Part shown: piece by piece, positions 63,794-64,000 of the stretch | Numbering within the stretch: position 1 is the first letter of the stretch | How the letters are laid out: each line of letters begins with the position of its first letter | Origin: Acanthaster planci | Taxonomy: Eukaryota | NCBI RefSeq assembly: GCF_001949145.1 | Contig: NW_019091361.1 | Location: forward strand, 915,452 to 979,451 | Reading direction: 5' to 3' | Length of the DNA stretch: 64,000 nt | The notes under the pieces: generated by a model | Database searches by the model: none | Seen by the model: only the letters and a program-made list of their open reading frames with translations | What the model was told of the DNA's origin: nothing | Position numbers and translations under genes: made by a program

Positions 63794-64000
63794 CCTCCAT
63801 GGTAGGTAATAAGCATGCCGCATGTATGGGCCGAGGTTTATAGAGCAGTACTAGCCTAGTATTTTATTTTATTTATTGTTATTATTATGTAGTTAATCGG
63901 TAGGGGCTATCATTACATTAACATGATTAACAACAGTGAGTTAATAATATGACATATTAGTGTTATCGCTAAGGTGATTTTGCACAATGATAGATCATGG

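Noticed and set aside
1..64000. Most ORFs in the six-frame track (60-170 aa)
   Set aside because: They are intronic or antisense, many start at TTG/GTG, and many are translations of TACATG runs (MYMY, VHVH, CTCT). Only those overlapping the listed exons in frame are real.

Overview
Animal genomic DNA from a draft assembly (N gap at 11330-11347). It is probably an invertebrate deuterostome such as an echinoderm; this is inferred from intron sizes, repeat types and TACATGTA richness and is not proven. Two spliced protein-coding genes lie on the + strand, reconstructed by hand from GT-AG boundaries and consistent reading phase. (1) The 3' part of a FRMD3/FRMD5-like FERM protein (FERM-C, FERM-adjacent region and C-terminal transmembrane segment), with 7 coding exons between 439 and 9287. 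(2) A complete RASA1/p120-RasGAP orthologue (SH2-SH3-SH2-PH-C2-RasGAP) with 23 coding exons at 21263-54079, giving a 2814 nt CDS and 937 aa. Introns and intergenic DNA carry many non-autonomous DNA transposons (Kolobok-like and piggyBac-like TTAA elements, TA-flanked and Harbinger-like MITEs) and tRNA-derived SINEs. Most ORFs in the supplied track are spurious. No clearly novel biological system is evident. The best leads are a candidate intronic box C/D snoRNA with 14 nt complementarity to 28S rRNA, a candidate 36-nt cassette exon in FRMD5, a PDZ-type C-terminus on RASA1, decayed tandem copies of a RASA1 exon end, and a 42-bp hairpin.
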